Source of the DNA: an uncultured Gammaproteobacteria bacterium
Lineage (GTDB): Bacteria; Patescibacteriota; Microgenomatia; UBA10105; UBA927
NCBI GenBank assembly: GCA_964596355.1
Contig: CAZQTD010000003.1
Span: 20,500 to 84,499, forward strand
Length of the DNA stretch: 64,000 bases
Reading direction: 5' to 3'
In this document: one piece after another, positions 31,162-41,969 of the stretch
How the letters are laid out: the number at the start of each line of letters is the position of its first letter
Numbering within the stretch: the first letter of the stretch is position 1
Notes under the pieces: model-generated
Database searches by the model: none
What the model saw: the letters and a program-made list of their open reading frames with translations, nothing else
Told to the model about the DNA's origin: nothing
Made by a program: the position numbers and the translations under genes

Positions 31162-32571
31162 ATGCGTTCAACAGACTTTTCATCATACGTTTCTCCGTTT
31201 TCGTGGCGATACGGCAGTAAGGAAATGCGGAGGATTTTTAGCGAGAGGAATAAGTATGCGCTGTGGCGGCGTATCTGGATTGCACTCGCAGAAGCATACC
31301 ACACCGCTGGATTGGTGAAGCTTGACGAGCTCAATGATTTAAAAAAACATGCAGATGACATTGATATAGAAAAAATCCTTGCGCTTGAAAAAGAAACAAA
31401 GCATGATGTGGTAGCGGCAATCCGTGAATTTGCATCAAAAGCGCGTGTGGGCGGCAGAACAATTCACCTTGGCGCTACAAGCGCGGATGTCGTTGACAAC
31501 GCCGATGCGGTGCGCGTAACGCAGGCGCTTGGTCTTATTCAGAATCACCTTGTCCGACTCCTCAAGTCGTTTACAAAACACATTCGAACATACGCCGCCG
31601 TGCCGTGCATGGGGTACACGCATCTACAATTTGCGGAACCCACAACCGTGGGTTACCGTCTGGCGCTGTACGCACAAGATTTGCTGATAGATCTGTCGCT
31701 CCTTGGGTTTGTTACATCGCTTTACAAAGCAAAAGGCATGAAGGGCGCCGTCGGCACACGGGCAAGCTACGCAGAGCTTCTCAAGGGAATATCAATGACG
31801 GCGCAGGAGCTTGATGACGTTGTCGCAAAAAAACTCGATCTTTCGTTTTCACTCATTACAACGCAGGTAGCTCCGCGAAAATTTGACTACCTCGTCATAT
31901 CGCTTCTTGCGAGCATCGCTTCGTCCTTGGCGAAGTTTGCCGGAGACCTGCGGATTCTCCAATCGGCAGGCATTGGCGAATGGAGTGAGCCGTTTGGCGT
32001 TGATCAAGTAGGATCATCAGCCATGCCGTTTAAGAAAAATCCCATTGGCAGTGAAAAGATTTGCTCGCTTGCGCGCTTTGTTGCTGTGCTTCCTCTTGTG
32101 GCGTTGGAGAATGCGTCGATGAGTTATCTGGAGCGGACGCTCGATGACTCGGCAAACAGACGGATTATTATCGCAGAAGCGTGTTTAAGTGTTGACGAGA
32201 TGCTTGGCACTGCCGTAACGATAGTTGAAGGGCTTGTCATTCATGCTGACCGGATCGCGTATAATGTGGCACAATACGCGCCGTTTGCCGCAACAGAAAC
32301 GATACTCATTCACCTGGTGAAACGCGGTGCGCATAGGCAAAAGGCTCACGAGCTTCTTCGACGTATTTCGATGAAGGCGTGGGATGATGTCAAAAAGGGA
32401 AATGCCAATCCAATGGTTCAATTGCTCCGAAAAGACTCGGCAATCCTGAAGTATCTTGCGCCGTCTGAAATTGACAACCTCGTCGATGTAACGCATCACA
32501 TCGGTGACGCACCCATGCGGGCGCGCGCGTTGGGGAAGATAATTGAGCAAAAGATTCGACGGCCCGATTGA
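31162..32571 (+). CDS. purB: Adenylosuccinate lyase
   Basis: SWRYGSKEM, HDVVA, HLGATS, GYTHLQ, GSSAMPFKKNP. Confidence 0.93.
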   Translation: MRSTDFSSYVSPFSWRYGSKEMRRIFSERNKYALWRRIWIALAEAYHTAGLVKLDELNDLKKHADDIDIEKILALEKETKHDVVAAIREFASKARVGGRTIHLGATSADVVDNADAVRVTQALGLIQNHLVRLLKSFTKHIRTYAAVPCMGYTHLQFAEPTTVGYRLALYAQDLLIDLSLLGFVTSLYKAKGMKGAVGTRASYAELLKGISMTAQELDDVVAKKLDLSFSLITTQVAPRKFDYLVISLLASIASSLAKFAGDLRILQSAGIGEWSEPFGVDQVGSSAMPFKKNPIGSEKICSLARFVAVLPLVALENASMSYLERTLDDSANRRIIIAEACLSVDEMLGTAVTIVEGLVIHADRIAYNVAQYAPFAATETILIHLVKRGAHRQKAHELLRRISMKAWDDVKKGNANPMVQLLRKDSAILKYLAPSEIDNLVDVTHHIGDAPMRARALGKIIEQKIRRPD

Positions 32572-32601
32572 CGAACATCGAATAATTTGGTATCTTAGGC
32601 T

Positions 32602-34248
32602 GTGCCACTAAGCAAATATATTTTTGTGTCAGGTGGCGTGATTTCCGGATTGGGAAAGGGCGTCACCACCGCGTCTATTGCGCTTCTCCTCCAGCGTCGA
32701 GGATATACCGTTACCCCGGTTAAGTGTGAAAATTATCTCAACATTGACGCTGGTCTTATAAACCCCATTGAACACGGCGACCCCTTTTTGTGCGAAGATG
32801 GCACAGAAGCAGACATGGATATGGGGACGTATGAGAAGTTTTTGGACAAAAACATGTATCGCCGCAACTTCGTCACGATGGGTCAGATTTACAACGACGT
32901 TATACAGAGGGAACGCAATTTCGGTTACGACGGCGAGGATGTGGAAGCAATTCCTCACGTGACCGATGAAATAATCAAAAAGATCCGCACAGCCGGAGAA
33001 AACGAACAGGCAGACGTGGTTGTCATCGAACTGGGCGGCACGGCTGGTGAATACCAGAACGCGCTCTACTACGAAGCGTCGCGCATCCTTTCTCGAGATA
33101 AAAAAAACCGTGTCGTTCACGTCCACGTGAGCTACCTGCCCATGCCGAGGCACTTGGGCGAACCAAAGACCAAACCAACACAGCTTTCGGTGCGTACGCT
33201 CAATTCGATGGGCATTCAGCCGGATTTCATTGTCACCAGGAGTGAAAAACCCATGGATGAACGGCGGCGCGCCCGATTCGCACTCTTTTGCAATGTGGAA
33301 TCAGATCACGTCATTGACAGTGTTGACGTGCCTAGTCCGTACGAAACGCCCATCCATCTTGCGAAGCAAAAACTCGATGAAAAAATTTTGAATTTACTTG
33401 GTTTGCCGCTTAATAAACCCGACCTATCCGAATGGGTGCAAATGGTTGATACCATTCGTGCGAAGAAAAAGAAACAAAAAACGATTGCTATAGCCGGCAA
33501 ATACTTTGCTACCGGCGAGTATCAACTTCGCGACAGCTATGCTGCGCTCATGGATGCGATTGATCACGCCAGCTGGGCGCAGGGTGTTGATACAGCGGTG
33601 AAATGGATACAGGCGGAACATTTGGAAACAGGCAATGTGGATGACCTTAAAGGTGTTGACGGTATCATCGTGCCGATAGGATGGGGACCTCGGGGCGTGG
33701 AAGGAAAAATTGTCGCAGTAAACTACGCGCGGGAGCGAAAAATTCCGTACTTGGGTCTTTGTTACGGCATGCAGCTTGCAGTTGTGGAGTACGCGCGAAA
33801 CGTGCTTGGATGGACTGACGCCCATACGCTCGAATGCAACCCAAACACAACGCATCCGGTAATTCATATGATTTCCGGTCAAGCAGAAATTTTACAACGC
33901 CGTGCCTACGGCGGCACAATGCGCCTCGGCAGGTGGGAATGCCAAGTGAAGCCCGGCACAATCGCAGATTCGTGTTACATGAAGTACCATGCCTATGACG
34001 ATGAAACAAAGAAAATCGTTGGCGAGCGGCACAGGCATCGCTATGAATTCAATAACACATACGCAGGTGAATTTGAAAAGGCAGGACTTGTGCTTGCCGG
34101 CAGATCGGTGGTTGAACAGTTGGTGGAAATTATCGAATTGCCTACGTCGGTTCACCCGTTTTTCGTTGGCACGCAGTACCATCCGGAGTACAGAAGCAGG
34201 CCGCTTCGACCCCACCCGATATTCCTAAAATTCGTTGCAGCGTTGTAG
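32602..34248 (+). CDS. pyrG: CTP synthase
   Basis: KYIFVSGGVISGLGKG, KTKPTQ, GLCYGMQ, ERHRHRYE, QYHPE; GTG start 5 nt after TTGACG-17-TATCTT. Confidence 0.97.
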   Translation: MPLSKYIFVSGGVISGLGKGVTTASIALLLQRRGYTVTPVKCENYLNIDAGLINPIEHGDPFLCEDGTEADMDMGTYEKFLDKNMYRRNFVTMGQIYNDVIQRERNFGYDGEDVEAIPHVTDEIIKKIRTAGENEQADVVVIELGGTAGEYQNALYYEASRILSRDKKNRVVHVHVSYLPMPRHLGEPKTKPTQLSVRTLNSMGIQPDFIVTRSEKPMDERRRARFALFCNVESDHVIDSVDVPSPYETPIHLAKQKLDEKILNLLGLPLNKPDLSEWVQMVDTIRAKKKKQKTIAIAGKYFATGEYQLRDSYAALMDAIDHASWAQGVDTAVKWIQAEHLETGNVDDLKGVDGIIVPIGWGPRGVEGKIVAVNYARERKIPYLGLCYGMQLAVVEYARNVLGWTDAHTLECNPNTTHPVIHMISGQAEILQRRAYGGTMRLGRWECQVKPGTIADSCYMKYHAYDDETKKIVGERHRHRYEFNNTYAGEFEKAGLVLAGRSVVEQLVEIIELPTSVHPFFVGTQYHPEYRSRPLRPHPIFLKFVAAL

Positions 34249-34358
34249 AACGAGTAAAAAAATGGTACAATAATTTTCTCACATGGTTCGGTTTCATGGA
34301 TTCATGGCCGCTTGATTGATGAGATAAATCAATGCACCAATGAAATAATCATCAAAGT

Positions 34359-34784
34359 ATGGCACATTCAATCGTCTGGACATCCCAAGAAGGAGATCAT
34401 AAAAAAACCGTGACGCTTCATGTGGGTGACACCATTCGCGTGCATTACAAACTTATTGAAAAGGAAAAGGTAACCGGCAAAACTAAGCGCGAGGTTCACG
34501 AGGAAACGCGCGAGCGCATTCAGATTTTCTTCGGCATTCTTATTGCAATTAAAGGTTCCGGTTCCAATGCAATGATTACCGTGCGGCATATCGGCGCAGG
34601 CGGCATTGGCGTTGAGCGTATATTCCCGCTTGCGAGCCCGTGGATACGCAGTATTGATGTAAAAAAGCGTGGGGATGTGCGAAGAGCGAAGTTGTATTAT
34701 CTGCGAAATCGAATCGGTAAAGCCGCAACTCGCGTCAATGAAGCCCTTGAGCACAGTCAGGATACCCCAGCGGCAACCGCCTAA
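34359..34784 (+). CDS. rplS: 50S ribosomal protein L19
   Basis: VGDTIRVHYK, ERIQIFFG, GVERIFP, GDVRRAKLYYLR. Confidence 0.95.
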   Translation: MAHSIVWTSQEGDHKKTVTLHVGDTIRVHYKLIEKEKVTGKTKREVHEETRERIQIFFGILIAIKGSGSNAMITVRHIGAGGIGVERIFPLASPWIRSIDVKKRGDVRRAKLYYLRNRIGKAATRVNEALEHSQDTPAATA

Positions 34785-35151
34785 TACGCCAACGCATAAA
34801 CAGCGTCTTGGCAGGCGCGGCGAGGATTTGGCGATTGACTACCTTTCGTCACACGGCTATCGCATTATTGAGCGCAATTTCAAAGCCCGGTACGGTGAGC
34901 TCGATATCATCGCAGTTAGCCGCGGCGTTCTGGTTTTCATCGAAGTTAAAACACGGATTGGTCATGCGTACGGGAAGCCGGAAGAGTCCGTGACACCATG
35001 GAAACTGCGCGAGATTATCAAGACTGCGCAGTACTATAAACTCCTGCACCCTGAACTTCCCGACGCGATGCGCGCAGACGTCATCGCGATCGAACTTGAT
35101 GCGGACTGGACGCTTATTGACTTTAACCACATCCAGAATGTGACGCTGTAA
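34738..35151 (+). CDS. yraN: YraN family endonuclease (UPF0102)
   Basis: LGRRGEDLAIDYL, ERNF..GELDII..LVFIEVKTR; start uncertain. Confidence 0.88.
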   Translation: MKPLSTVRIPQRQPPNTPTHKQRLGRRGEDLAIDYLSSHGYRIIERNFKARYGELDIIAVSRGVLVFIEVKTRIGHAYGKPEESVTPWKLREIIKTAQYYKLLHPELPDAMRADVIAIELDADWTLIDFNHIQNVTL

Positions 35152-35179
35152 GCACTTGGTTCGCGGTGTGATAGAGTAA

Positions 35180-36523
35180 TTACTGAAGAACAGCGGGGAA
35201 TCGGTCGTGAATGGTAATAATCATTTCGCCAAAAAGCGAGTTAGCCCAGGCGAACCAGTGGCGGGTGAATTTATTCGGGTCGTCTACGTGGACGCTTTCG
35301 TGGATATAAAACGTGTGCGCGTTCGTCCGCTTGAGGATGGAAAGGCATTGCCGTATTTCATGTTCATCTGTGGACGTCATTGCCTGCATGATCGTTGCCA
35401 TCGGCCAGAATTTATCGCACACGCCCACGTGCGGACTTGTTTCTCCGCACGCCACTTTGCCGTGGGCGTAAAACGAGTTCCACTCGCTTAAGACGAGCCT
35501 TCTGGTGTTTTGATAAATTGGATCATCAAGGGTTGTAAAACCAAGATACGGAAGACTTAGCAAGTTGGGCACGTTGGGGTCATCCATGATACAACTACTG
35601 CCGAAGCCATCCACTTCATAGGCATAGATATCGCCAAATACAGGGTGTTTGATGATGCCCCATGTTTTGATGCCCTCATCAATCTGATTGGCGAGCGTGA
35701 GACTGATTTTGGCAAGTTCAAACGCCGAAACCGCATCCAAGATCGCAGCTATTTTCCTTAAATACGACACTGCCATGGCGTTTGCAGGGATGAGGTACGG
35801 ATAGACGCACTCGTCGTCAGACGGCCGAAAGACGCTTCTGGTTAACCCGCAGTGCTTGCCCGGATAGCCGTAGCCGTGGAGTCGAACCGCGGGGTGCAGG
35901 TGGCCGGACTTGGTGCGGAACTGGTAGAGGAGATTGAGGTTTTCTTTATTGACCGTATTTTGTTCCACAAGCATGACGTTAAGTGCCTTTTGGACAGCGG
36001 CGACCCACTGTTCATCAAACGGTGAAAGGTCATCTGTTGCATTCCAATATCCCCAGCTTAGGCGTAAAAATGAACACAAGCTGTCAAGTTCGTATTTGCG
36101 TTCCCAAATGTCATAATTCCGTTCGAATGCGTTGGCATACGGATCTTTCAATATACAGTTTTTCTGCCGGTTGATTAGCCCGACAAAGAGGCTTACAAGC
36201 TCCGGATCGTCTTTGACATACGGAAGGTAGTGCCACACTTGATTCGTACTGTCCCTTAGCCACATGGCTGGGATGTCGCCGGTTATGATGAATGTATCGT
36301 CGTGGAGACTCCCCGGTTCGTCTTTGTGGAAATAAACCGTGGTGTCAAGTGAATTGGGAAAGCATTGGGTAAACATCCGCCGGATGTCCTCGTCCGCAAT
36401 TGTCTTCCCCACTTGAGCAATCACCAGCTCGACAGCGTCGCTAACAAACATCCGGTCTTGGACAGCAGGCCGTTCGTGGAGATGAGAAAAATCATGAATA
36501 TGACCGAGCTTCCGATGCGGCAT
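35180..36523 (-). CDS. Glycoside hydrolase family 125 (exo-alpha-1,6-mannosidase-like)
   Basis: [53 protein letters not shown]; start moved downstream of the tRNA. Confidence 0.92.
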   Translation of the reverse strand: MPHRKLGHIHDFSHLHERPAVQDRMFVSDAVELVIAQVGKTIADEDIRRMFTQCFPNSLDTTVYFHKDEPGSLHDDTFIITGDIPAMWLRDSTNQVWHYLPYVKDDPELVSLFVGLINRQKNCILKDPYANAFERNYDIWERKYELDSLCSFLRLSWGYWNATDDLSPFDEQWVAAVQKALNVMLVEQNTVNKENLNLLYQFRTKSGHLHPAVRLHGYGYPGKHCGLTRSVFRPSDDECVYPYLIPANAMAVSYLRKIAAILDAVSAFELAKISLTLANQIDEGIKTWGIIKHPVFGDIYAYEVDGFGSSCIMDDPNVPNLLSLPYLGFTTLDDPIYQNTRRLVLSEWNSFYAHGKVACGETSPHVGVCDKFWPMATIMQAMTSTDEHEIRQCLSILKRTNAHTFYIHESVHVDDPNKFTRHWFAWANSLFGEMIITIHDRFPAVLQ

Positions 36524-36540
36524 AAAGATATAGTACGCTG

Positions 36541-36612
36541 TGAGCCGTGCAGGGCTCGAACCTGCAACCAATAGCTTAAAAGGCTACTGCTCTACCATTG
36601 AGCTAACGGCCC
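36541..36612 (-). tRNA. tRNA-Lys (TTT)
   Basis: GGGCCGTTAGCTCAATGGTAGAGC..anticodon loop CTTTTAA..GGTTCGAGCCC..ACGGCTCA. Confidence 0.95.
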
Positions 36613-36639
36613 GTATAAGCTATTATACCAAATACGCCG

Positions 36640-38574
36640 TTATTTTCCTTTCTTCAGTGCATCGAGAATGGTTTTGATTGGCGTGGTGGCAACGCCAAGG
36701 TATTTGTCCGCGCCGCCGTAGTAAATATAGAGGATGCCGTCGTTAATGACCTGCCCGTTGCTAAATACCGTACCCTCGCGGTAGCCTTCGTTTTCATACC
36801 ACGTGAGCGGCTCAAGAATCGGATTATGGAGACGGGCAAGAATTTTAAGCGGATTGTTAAGATCCAGAAGCGCGGCCCCCATGCGGTACTTCGTGTCATC
36901 TTTCGATACGCCGTGATACAGAAGGAGCCATCCGTCTGCTGTTTTTTCAGGCGGGCCGTTTAAGCCTATTTTCAAATTGTCCCACGAGTTGACACGCGGC
37001 GTCATGACGGGGTGACCGCCGAGCCAGTGGTTGTCTTCAAACGTTAGGTCGTCAACGAAGTCAACCCAGATGCACGGCGGCAGCCGGTGAAACACAACGT
37101 ACTTATTGTCTATTTTTTCGCTTACAATACAGCTGTCTTTGTCATCCATGCCCGGCGCGGAAATAAGGCGCGGCCTGGTCCAATGCCAGCGGTGATTGAC
37201 AAAATCATCCACCGCGATTGTTGAAAGCGCAATTCGAGGCGGATTGATACCGTCATAGGCTGTGTAGCACATGTAGATTGTGTCGCCGATCATCGTCAAT
37301 CTAGGGTCTTCACATCCGGAAAATCCCGGTTGGTATTTGCTTTCAAACGGCTCGCGCGGGACATAAACGGGCGTGTCTAACCGCTCGTCGATATGGAGTC
37401 CGTCAACGCTCGACGCGTAGCCGAATGTTGACGTGTCATCGTCGCCCATGGCGCGGTAGAGGATATGGGTTTTACCGCCCACACGGATAGCGCCTGCGTT
37501 AAAGGTGTATTTGGATTCCCAGGCGTGGTGAGCTATCGGAGAAATGATGGGATTGCCTTCAAACCGCGCCATCATTTCCGGTTGTTTGCGCTGGGGATTA
37601 ACGGACGGATTATGGGTCAGCTCGAGCATGAGATCATTGAGCGTCACGCTTGCGCGGCAAACAGAGGTGTCGCACGCGCTGTAGTAGATAAAAAACTGTC
37701 CTTCTTCCAAAAGTGCGCCGCTTGGGAAAATGACGTTTGGCACCATGCCGTAGAGTTCGTACTGCTCTTCGGGTACTAACAGCGGGTCAACGGTCTGCCC
37801 AATGAGTTTCTGCGGATTGTCAGGATGAAGAAGCGCCGCGTCGATGCGAAACACCCTGCGGCCGCCGCCAAAATAATTTTCAATATAGCAAAACACCAGA
37901 ACCCACCCGTCATCGGTTTTGACCGGCGCGGCTCCCACTTCAAGATGGTCATTGGCTCGGTGTTTGATCGGGATACTGTGATCGTCCAGTTTTTCATACC
38001 AGCGTTGCCAAAACAGTTCATCCCAAAGCTCATGGAAACTGTCAAGTAGCGCGATGCATATTTTTGATGGCGGGCGGTCGGTGTTGGCAGTGAGAACAAC
38101 CGCTATTTTTCCATGAATCCGCTCGTTAAACAGGCTCATGGCTTTGGCGTTAAATGGTGTCACCAGATGTTTTTCATCGATGTGTTCAAAATCTCGTGTG
38201 ATCGCAACCGCGACTTTGATGCTGTCAGCATCAGGCGGCCACGAAGCAAGTGCCGTATAGAAGATGTAATGGGTGCCGTCAAATGTGATTACCCTTGGAT
38301 CCTCGCAGCCGTAGCGATCCCACAGTTCGCTGGGAGTAATCAGTTGACGTCTTTTGCGAAAGTGGACGCCGTCGCCGCTAACTGCAACGCCAATGGTGGA
38401 AAGCTTGAGCCGCCTGCCTTCGTAGAGATGTTCAAGTGAAAGCGCGCGGTAAACCATATAATACGTGGATCCTATTTTTGCAAGAGATCCGTTAAACGCG
38501 GCTTCCGCTTCCCAGCTGTTGTCTTTGTTGGGGCCCATCAGGGGATTATTTTTGGATCGTTTTGTGGTAACCAT
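36640..38574 (-). CDS. Tandem two-domain GH130 (beta-mannoside phosphorylase/hydrolase) protein
   Basis: Two repeats of NPxxxP..WE..FN..YRA..GCEDPR..YTA..VF..YY beta-propeller motifs. Confidence 0.88.
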   Translation of the reverse strand: MVTTKRSKNNPLMGPNKDNSWEAEAAFNGSLAKIGSTYYMVYRALSLEHLYEGRRLKLSTIGVAVSGDGVHFRKRRQLITPSELWDRYGCEDPRVITFDGTHYIFYTALASWPPDADSIKVAVAITRDFEHIDEKHLVTPFNAKAMSLFNERIHGKIAVVLTANTDRPPSKICIALLDSFHELWDELFWQRWYEKLDDHSIPIKHRANDHLEVGAAPVKTDDGWVLVFCYIENYFGGGRRVFRIDAALLHPDNPQKLIGQTVDPLLVPEEQYELYGMVPNVIFPSGALLEEGQFFIYYSACDTSVCRASVTLNDLMLELTHNPSVNPQRKQPEMMARFEGNPIISPIAHHAWESKYTFNAGAIRVGGKTHILYRAMGDDDTSTFGYASSVDGLHIDERLDTPVYVPREPFESKYQPGFSGCEDPRLTMIGDTIYMCYTAYDGINPPRIALSTIAVDDFVNHRWHWTRPRLISAPGMDDKDSCIVSEKIDNKYVVFHRLPPCIWVDFVDDLTFEDNHWLGGHPVMTPRVNSWDNLKIGLNGPPEKTADGWLLLYHGVSKDDTKYRMGAALLDLNNPLKILARLHNPILEPLTWYENEGYREGTVFSNGQVINDGILYIYYGGADKYLGVATTPIKTILDALKKGK

Positions 38575-38624
38575 GGGCAGTATATATCTTTCACCATATC
38601 ATATGAATGGCGGTAGTCAAGAAG

Positions 38625-41183
38625 TCAGCGCGGGTAATATGCGCGGCGCAATATGCGCTTGCGGATTTCAGAAGCAACGATTAATACCAGCGAGACGGCG
38701 ATGGCCTCATCCAAAAGAAGCCACGGCGGCGACGTAATGCTGAACAACTGTTGCGTGAACGGTATATACATCAAAAGGAGCTGTATAAGTATGACGGCGA
38801 TTGGCAGGAAGATCCATTTGTTTTTTCTGGTTCTTGAGTGCGCAATCGAATGATCGCCAGAGGCAACGTCGAGGTAAATGAACTGTTGAGCAAGAACAAT
38901 GATGAAAAACGCAAGCGTCCTTCCAAGGATAACGTTTTCATGTCGCCAGCCCAGGGAAAACGCGAACAGCGTAACGACGGCAGTCAAAAGGCTTACTTCG
39001 ACAAACCAGCGAATGTCGAAGGCAGTAAAAAGCGCAGAATCGGTTCTGGGCTTTCGCTTCATAATGGATTGGTGCTTGGGATTGACCGCAAGCGCGATAG
39101 CCTGCAGGCTGTCGGTTGCCAGATTCATATACAGAATGTGGATAGGCGCAAGAATAAACGGCCATCCGATTATGGCGCCTCCCACGAGTGCGAAAATTTC
39201 TCCGACATTACATCCCAATAAGTATTTAATTGAGTTTTTCATGTTGTCGTATATTGCTCTGCCTTCTTCAATGGCTTTGACAATTGTGGCGTAATTATCG
39301 TCAGTAACAATCATTTCCGCGGCTTCTTTCGCTACATCAGTGCCGGTTATCCCCATTGCGACCCCAACGTCTGCCTGTTTGAGCGCAAGCGCGTCATTGA
39401 CGCCGTCGCCGGTGACAGCGACGACATTCCCCATTTGTTGAAGAAGCTTGATGATGGCAAGCTTCTGTTCCGGCGTCGTGCGGGCAAACACTCGTACTCT
39501 GGACAGTTTTTCTTTGGCTTCCTCGTCGGTGAGCGTGTCAAACTGTGTTCCTGTGATAACTTCCTCGCCGTGGGAAATGAGATTAATGTGCTTGGCTATG
39601 GCGTAGGCAGTCAGCTCATTATCGCCAGTGATCATGATGGTTTTTATTCCCGCCGCTCGGGCGACGGCTATGGCATCTTTGACCTCTTCTCGCGGGGGAT
39701 CGGCTATGCCAACAAATCCTAAAAACGTCAAATTTGCTTCTGCCTCTGCGCGGTCTTGATGACGAAATGCGTCGTTTTTTGCGGCAAACGCTATCAACCG
39801 CAGGCCGTCTTTTGCGAACGATTCGAATGCGGCGGTGATTTGGGCTGTATAACTCCCATCGAGCGCTCGCTCTTTTCCGTCAATGAGTATCCGGGTTGAT
39901 TTTTTAAGGATTGCCTCCGGCGCGCCCTTGGTATAGACATGCGTGCCAGTTGTGTCTTTCCAGACGACGGACATCGTTTTCGTCGTTGCGTCAAACGCGT
40001 ACTCTTCAAGAAGTGTTCCGTCTCGTTTCGTTGCCGCTATATTAGCACCCGCGTCAACGGCAAACAAAAGGAGAGCTCCTTCTGTTCTGTCGCCTACGAT
40101 GTCATACGTGCCGTGATCGCGGATAGGCGCGAGGCTTGCGTTATTACAAATGAAGGAAACGCGCATAAGTTGCGAAAAGACGTTGTTTTGAAGTGTCAGT
40201 TCTTTGCCGTTGTGCCTGTGCGATGCGCCGTTGAACCATAATTTGACGACGCGCATTTCATTTTTTGTGATCGTGCCCGTTTTATCTGTCGCTATGACGG
40301 TAACCCCGCCAACTGCTTCGATAGCGGCAAGCTTGCGCAAGATTGCTTTTTGGCGAGCCATCCGCTGCGTACCGAGAGCAAGCGTAATGGTGATGACCGC
40401 AGGCAAGCCTTCCGGAACCGCAGCAACCGCCAAGCTAATGCTGGTTAACAGCATTTCGATAATCGGAAGCTGCTTGACGATTCCAATCATAAAAATGGCG
40501 ACTGCAGCTGCCGTTGCCAGAATACCGATTTGTTTGGCGACGATGGCAAGCCGTTTTTCAAGGGGCGTTTCTTCTTTTTCAATGCTCGTGAGGCCTTTGG
40601 CGATAGCACCGAAACGCGTATTCATGCCGGTTGCCGTGATTTTAGCCGTTGCTCTGCCTTTGGCGGCGATTGTTCCCATGAACACCGTCCGTTTCTCCGG
40701 ATTGTCAGCATCTTTTTCAATGGGCATGGATTCGCCTGTTAGGGAGGCCTCGTTTGTTTCAAAGTGAAGGCTGCGAATGATGGTTGCATCGGCAGGGATT
40801 TTATCGCCTTCTTCCAGAAGAATGATATCTCCGGGCACTAGCAGTCTGTTGTCAAGTTCAACCGCGACGCCGTCGCGCACGACTTTGGTGGTGGAAACGG
40901 TCATCTTTTTCAGAGCAGCAAGAGCTTTTTCTGCCCGATACTCCTGAACAAAGCCGAGAATCGCGTTAAGAATAACAATGCAAAAAATGAGTATGCTTTC
41001 AAGCACGTCGCCAAGAACGAGAGAGAGGACAGTAGCAAGAAGCAGAATGATCACTAGCGGGCTTTTGAACTGCTCAACGAACATGCCAACGGGCGTAGCG
41101 TGCGGCGTTTCTACAAGCTCATTGGGGCCGTGCATTTGAAGGAGTTGTGCGGCTTCAGAAGACGTGAGGCCGTGTTGCTTCAT
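38625..41183 (-). CDS. P-type cation (Ca2+-like, type IIA) ATPase
   Basis: LTGES, VPEGLP, DKTGT, KGAPE, TGDGVNDA. Confidence 0.94.
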   Translation of the reverse strand: MKQHGLTSSEAAQLLQMHGPNELVETPHATPVGMFVEQFKSPLVIILLLATVLSLVLGDVLESILIFCIVILNAILGFVQEYRAEKALAALKKMTVSTTKVVRDGVAVELDNRLLVPGDIILLEEGDKIPADATIIRSLHFETNEASLTGESMPIEKDADNPEKRTVFMGTIAAKGRATAKITATGMNTRFGAIAKGLTSIEKEETPLEKRLAIVAKQIGILATAAAVAIFMIGIVKQLPIIEMLLTSISLAVAAVPEGLPAVITITLALGTQRMARQKAILRKLAAIEAVGGVTVIATDKTGTITKNEMRVVKLWFNGASHRHNGKELTLQNNVFSQLMRVSFICNNASLAPIRDHGTYDIVGDRTEGALLLFAVDAGANIAATKRDGTLLEEYAFDATTKTMSVVWKDTTGTHVYTKGAPEAILKKSTRILIDGKERALDGSYTAQITAAFESFAKDGLRLIAFAAKNDAFRHQDRAEAEANLTFLGFVGIADPPREEVKDAIAVARAAGIKTIMITGDNELTAYAIAKHINLISHGEEVITGTQFDTLTDEEAKEKLSRVRVFARTTPEQKLAIIKLLQQMGNVVAVTGDGVNDALALKQADVGVAMGITGTDVAKEAAEMIVTDDNYATIVKAIEEGRAIYDNMKNSIKYLLGCNVGEIFALVGGAIIGWPFILAPIHILYMNLATDSLQAIALAVNPKHQSIMKRKPRTDSALFTAFDIRWFVEVSLLTAVVTLFAFSLGWRHENVILGRTLAFFIIVLAQQFIYLDVASGDHSIAHSRTRKNKWIFLPIAVILIQLLLMYIPFTQQLFSITSPPWLLLDEAIAVSLVLIVASEIRKRILRRAYYPR

Positions 41184-41187
41184 AGTA

Positions 41188-41967
41188 TCATTGTATGCAA
41201 AAAAAGCTTCCCACGCTAGTGAGCTCTGAAAGTTTGGTTGTTGGGCCGTAAAACGCCGACGCGCTGCCGCCGTCTAAATTCAGCGCATGGAGAACGTTGA
41301 TGTTCGCTTGCGCGGAAAGTTGTGTGATAAGAGACGGAAGCTCGGCAAGAAACGGGCCGTCAAACACAGCGTCTTTGATAAACAAGACGATGAAGTATGC
41401 ATTTCCCGCGTCATCTATTGCCGCAACAACGCGCCGAGCCCGTTCATCGTTTGCAATTGCGAGCGACTGTTTGTCGCCATCGAAAATCAAAAGCGGGCCG
41501 GTTTGGAGAGCAAAAACAGCGGGAACTGTCGGTGGTTCGCGGGAAATTGTCACGCGCTTGTTATATAGCCAGAGGAATCCGTTGATCAAACGATTGTTAA
41601 CCGCTTCACGAATCGTTTGACCGTTTGCTTCCCACAGTCCCAACGGTCTTCCTTCTGTATCATAAAATCCGCCGCTTGCCGCTTGAGTGCAGGCGTACTG
41701 TTGCATAAACGATCGGCTGTCAAGTTTTTCCTCAAAGTTGGGGATAAGAACGATGCCGTCTGGGTCATTGACCGTGATCACGTCGTATGCGTACGTTTCG
41801 TTATTAAGGTGTATAGTTTGGATCGGCGACTGAATCAACGGTGGCGACTGCGTAATCTCTGGAGGGCGCGCTATCATATCCGGCTTTCTCATATACCGAT
41901 ATATGAGAATACCGGCGATGGTTGCAAGAACACAAAAAAACATGATGGACGGCAACACGTTTTTCAT
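41188..41967 (-). CDS. Phosphodiester glycosidase (NAGPA-like) family protein, membrane-anchored
   Basis: N-terminal TM, SGGFY, QTGPLL, ARRVVA, ALNLDGGSAS. Confidence 0.8.
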   Translation of the reverse strand: MKNVLPSIMFFCVLATIAGILIYRYMRKPDMIARPPEITQSPPLIQSPIQTIHLNNETYAYDVITVNDPDGIVLIPNFEEKLDSRSFMQQYACTQAASGGFYDTEGRPLGLWEANGQTIREAVNNRLINGFLWLYNKRVTISREPPTVPAVFALQTGPLLIFDGDKQSLAIANDERARRVVAAIDDAGNAYFIVLFIKDAVFDGPFLAELPSLITQLSAQANINVLHALNLDGGSASAFYGPTTKLSELTSVGSFFCIQ

Positions 41968-41969
41968 GA

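Noticed and set aside
36524-36571. N-terminal extension of the GH125 ORF in the ORF track
   Set aside because: Overlaps tRNA-Lys; ATG at 36523 is the plausible start
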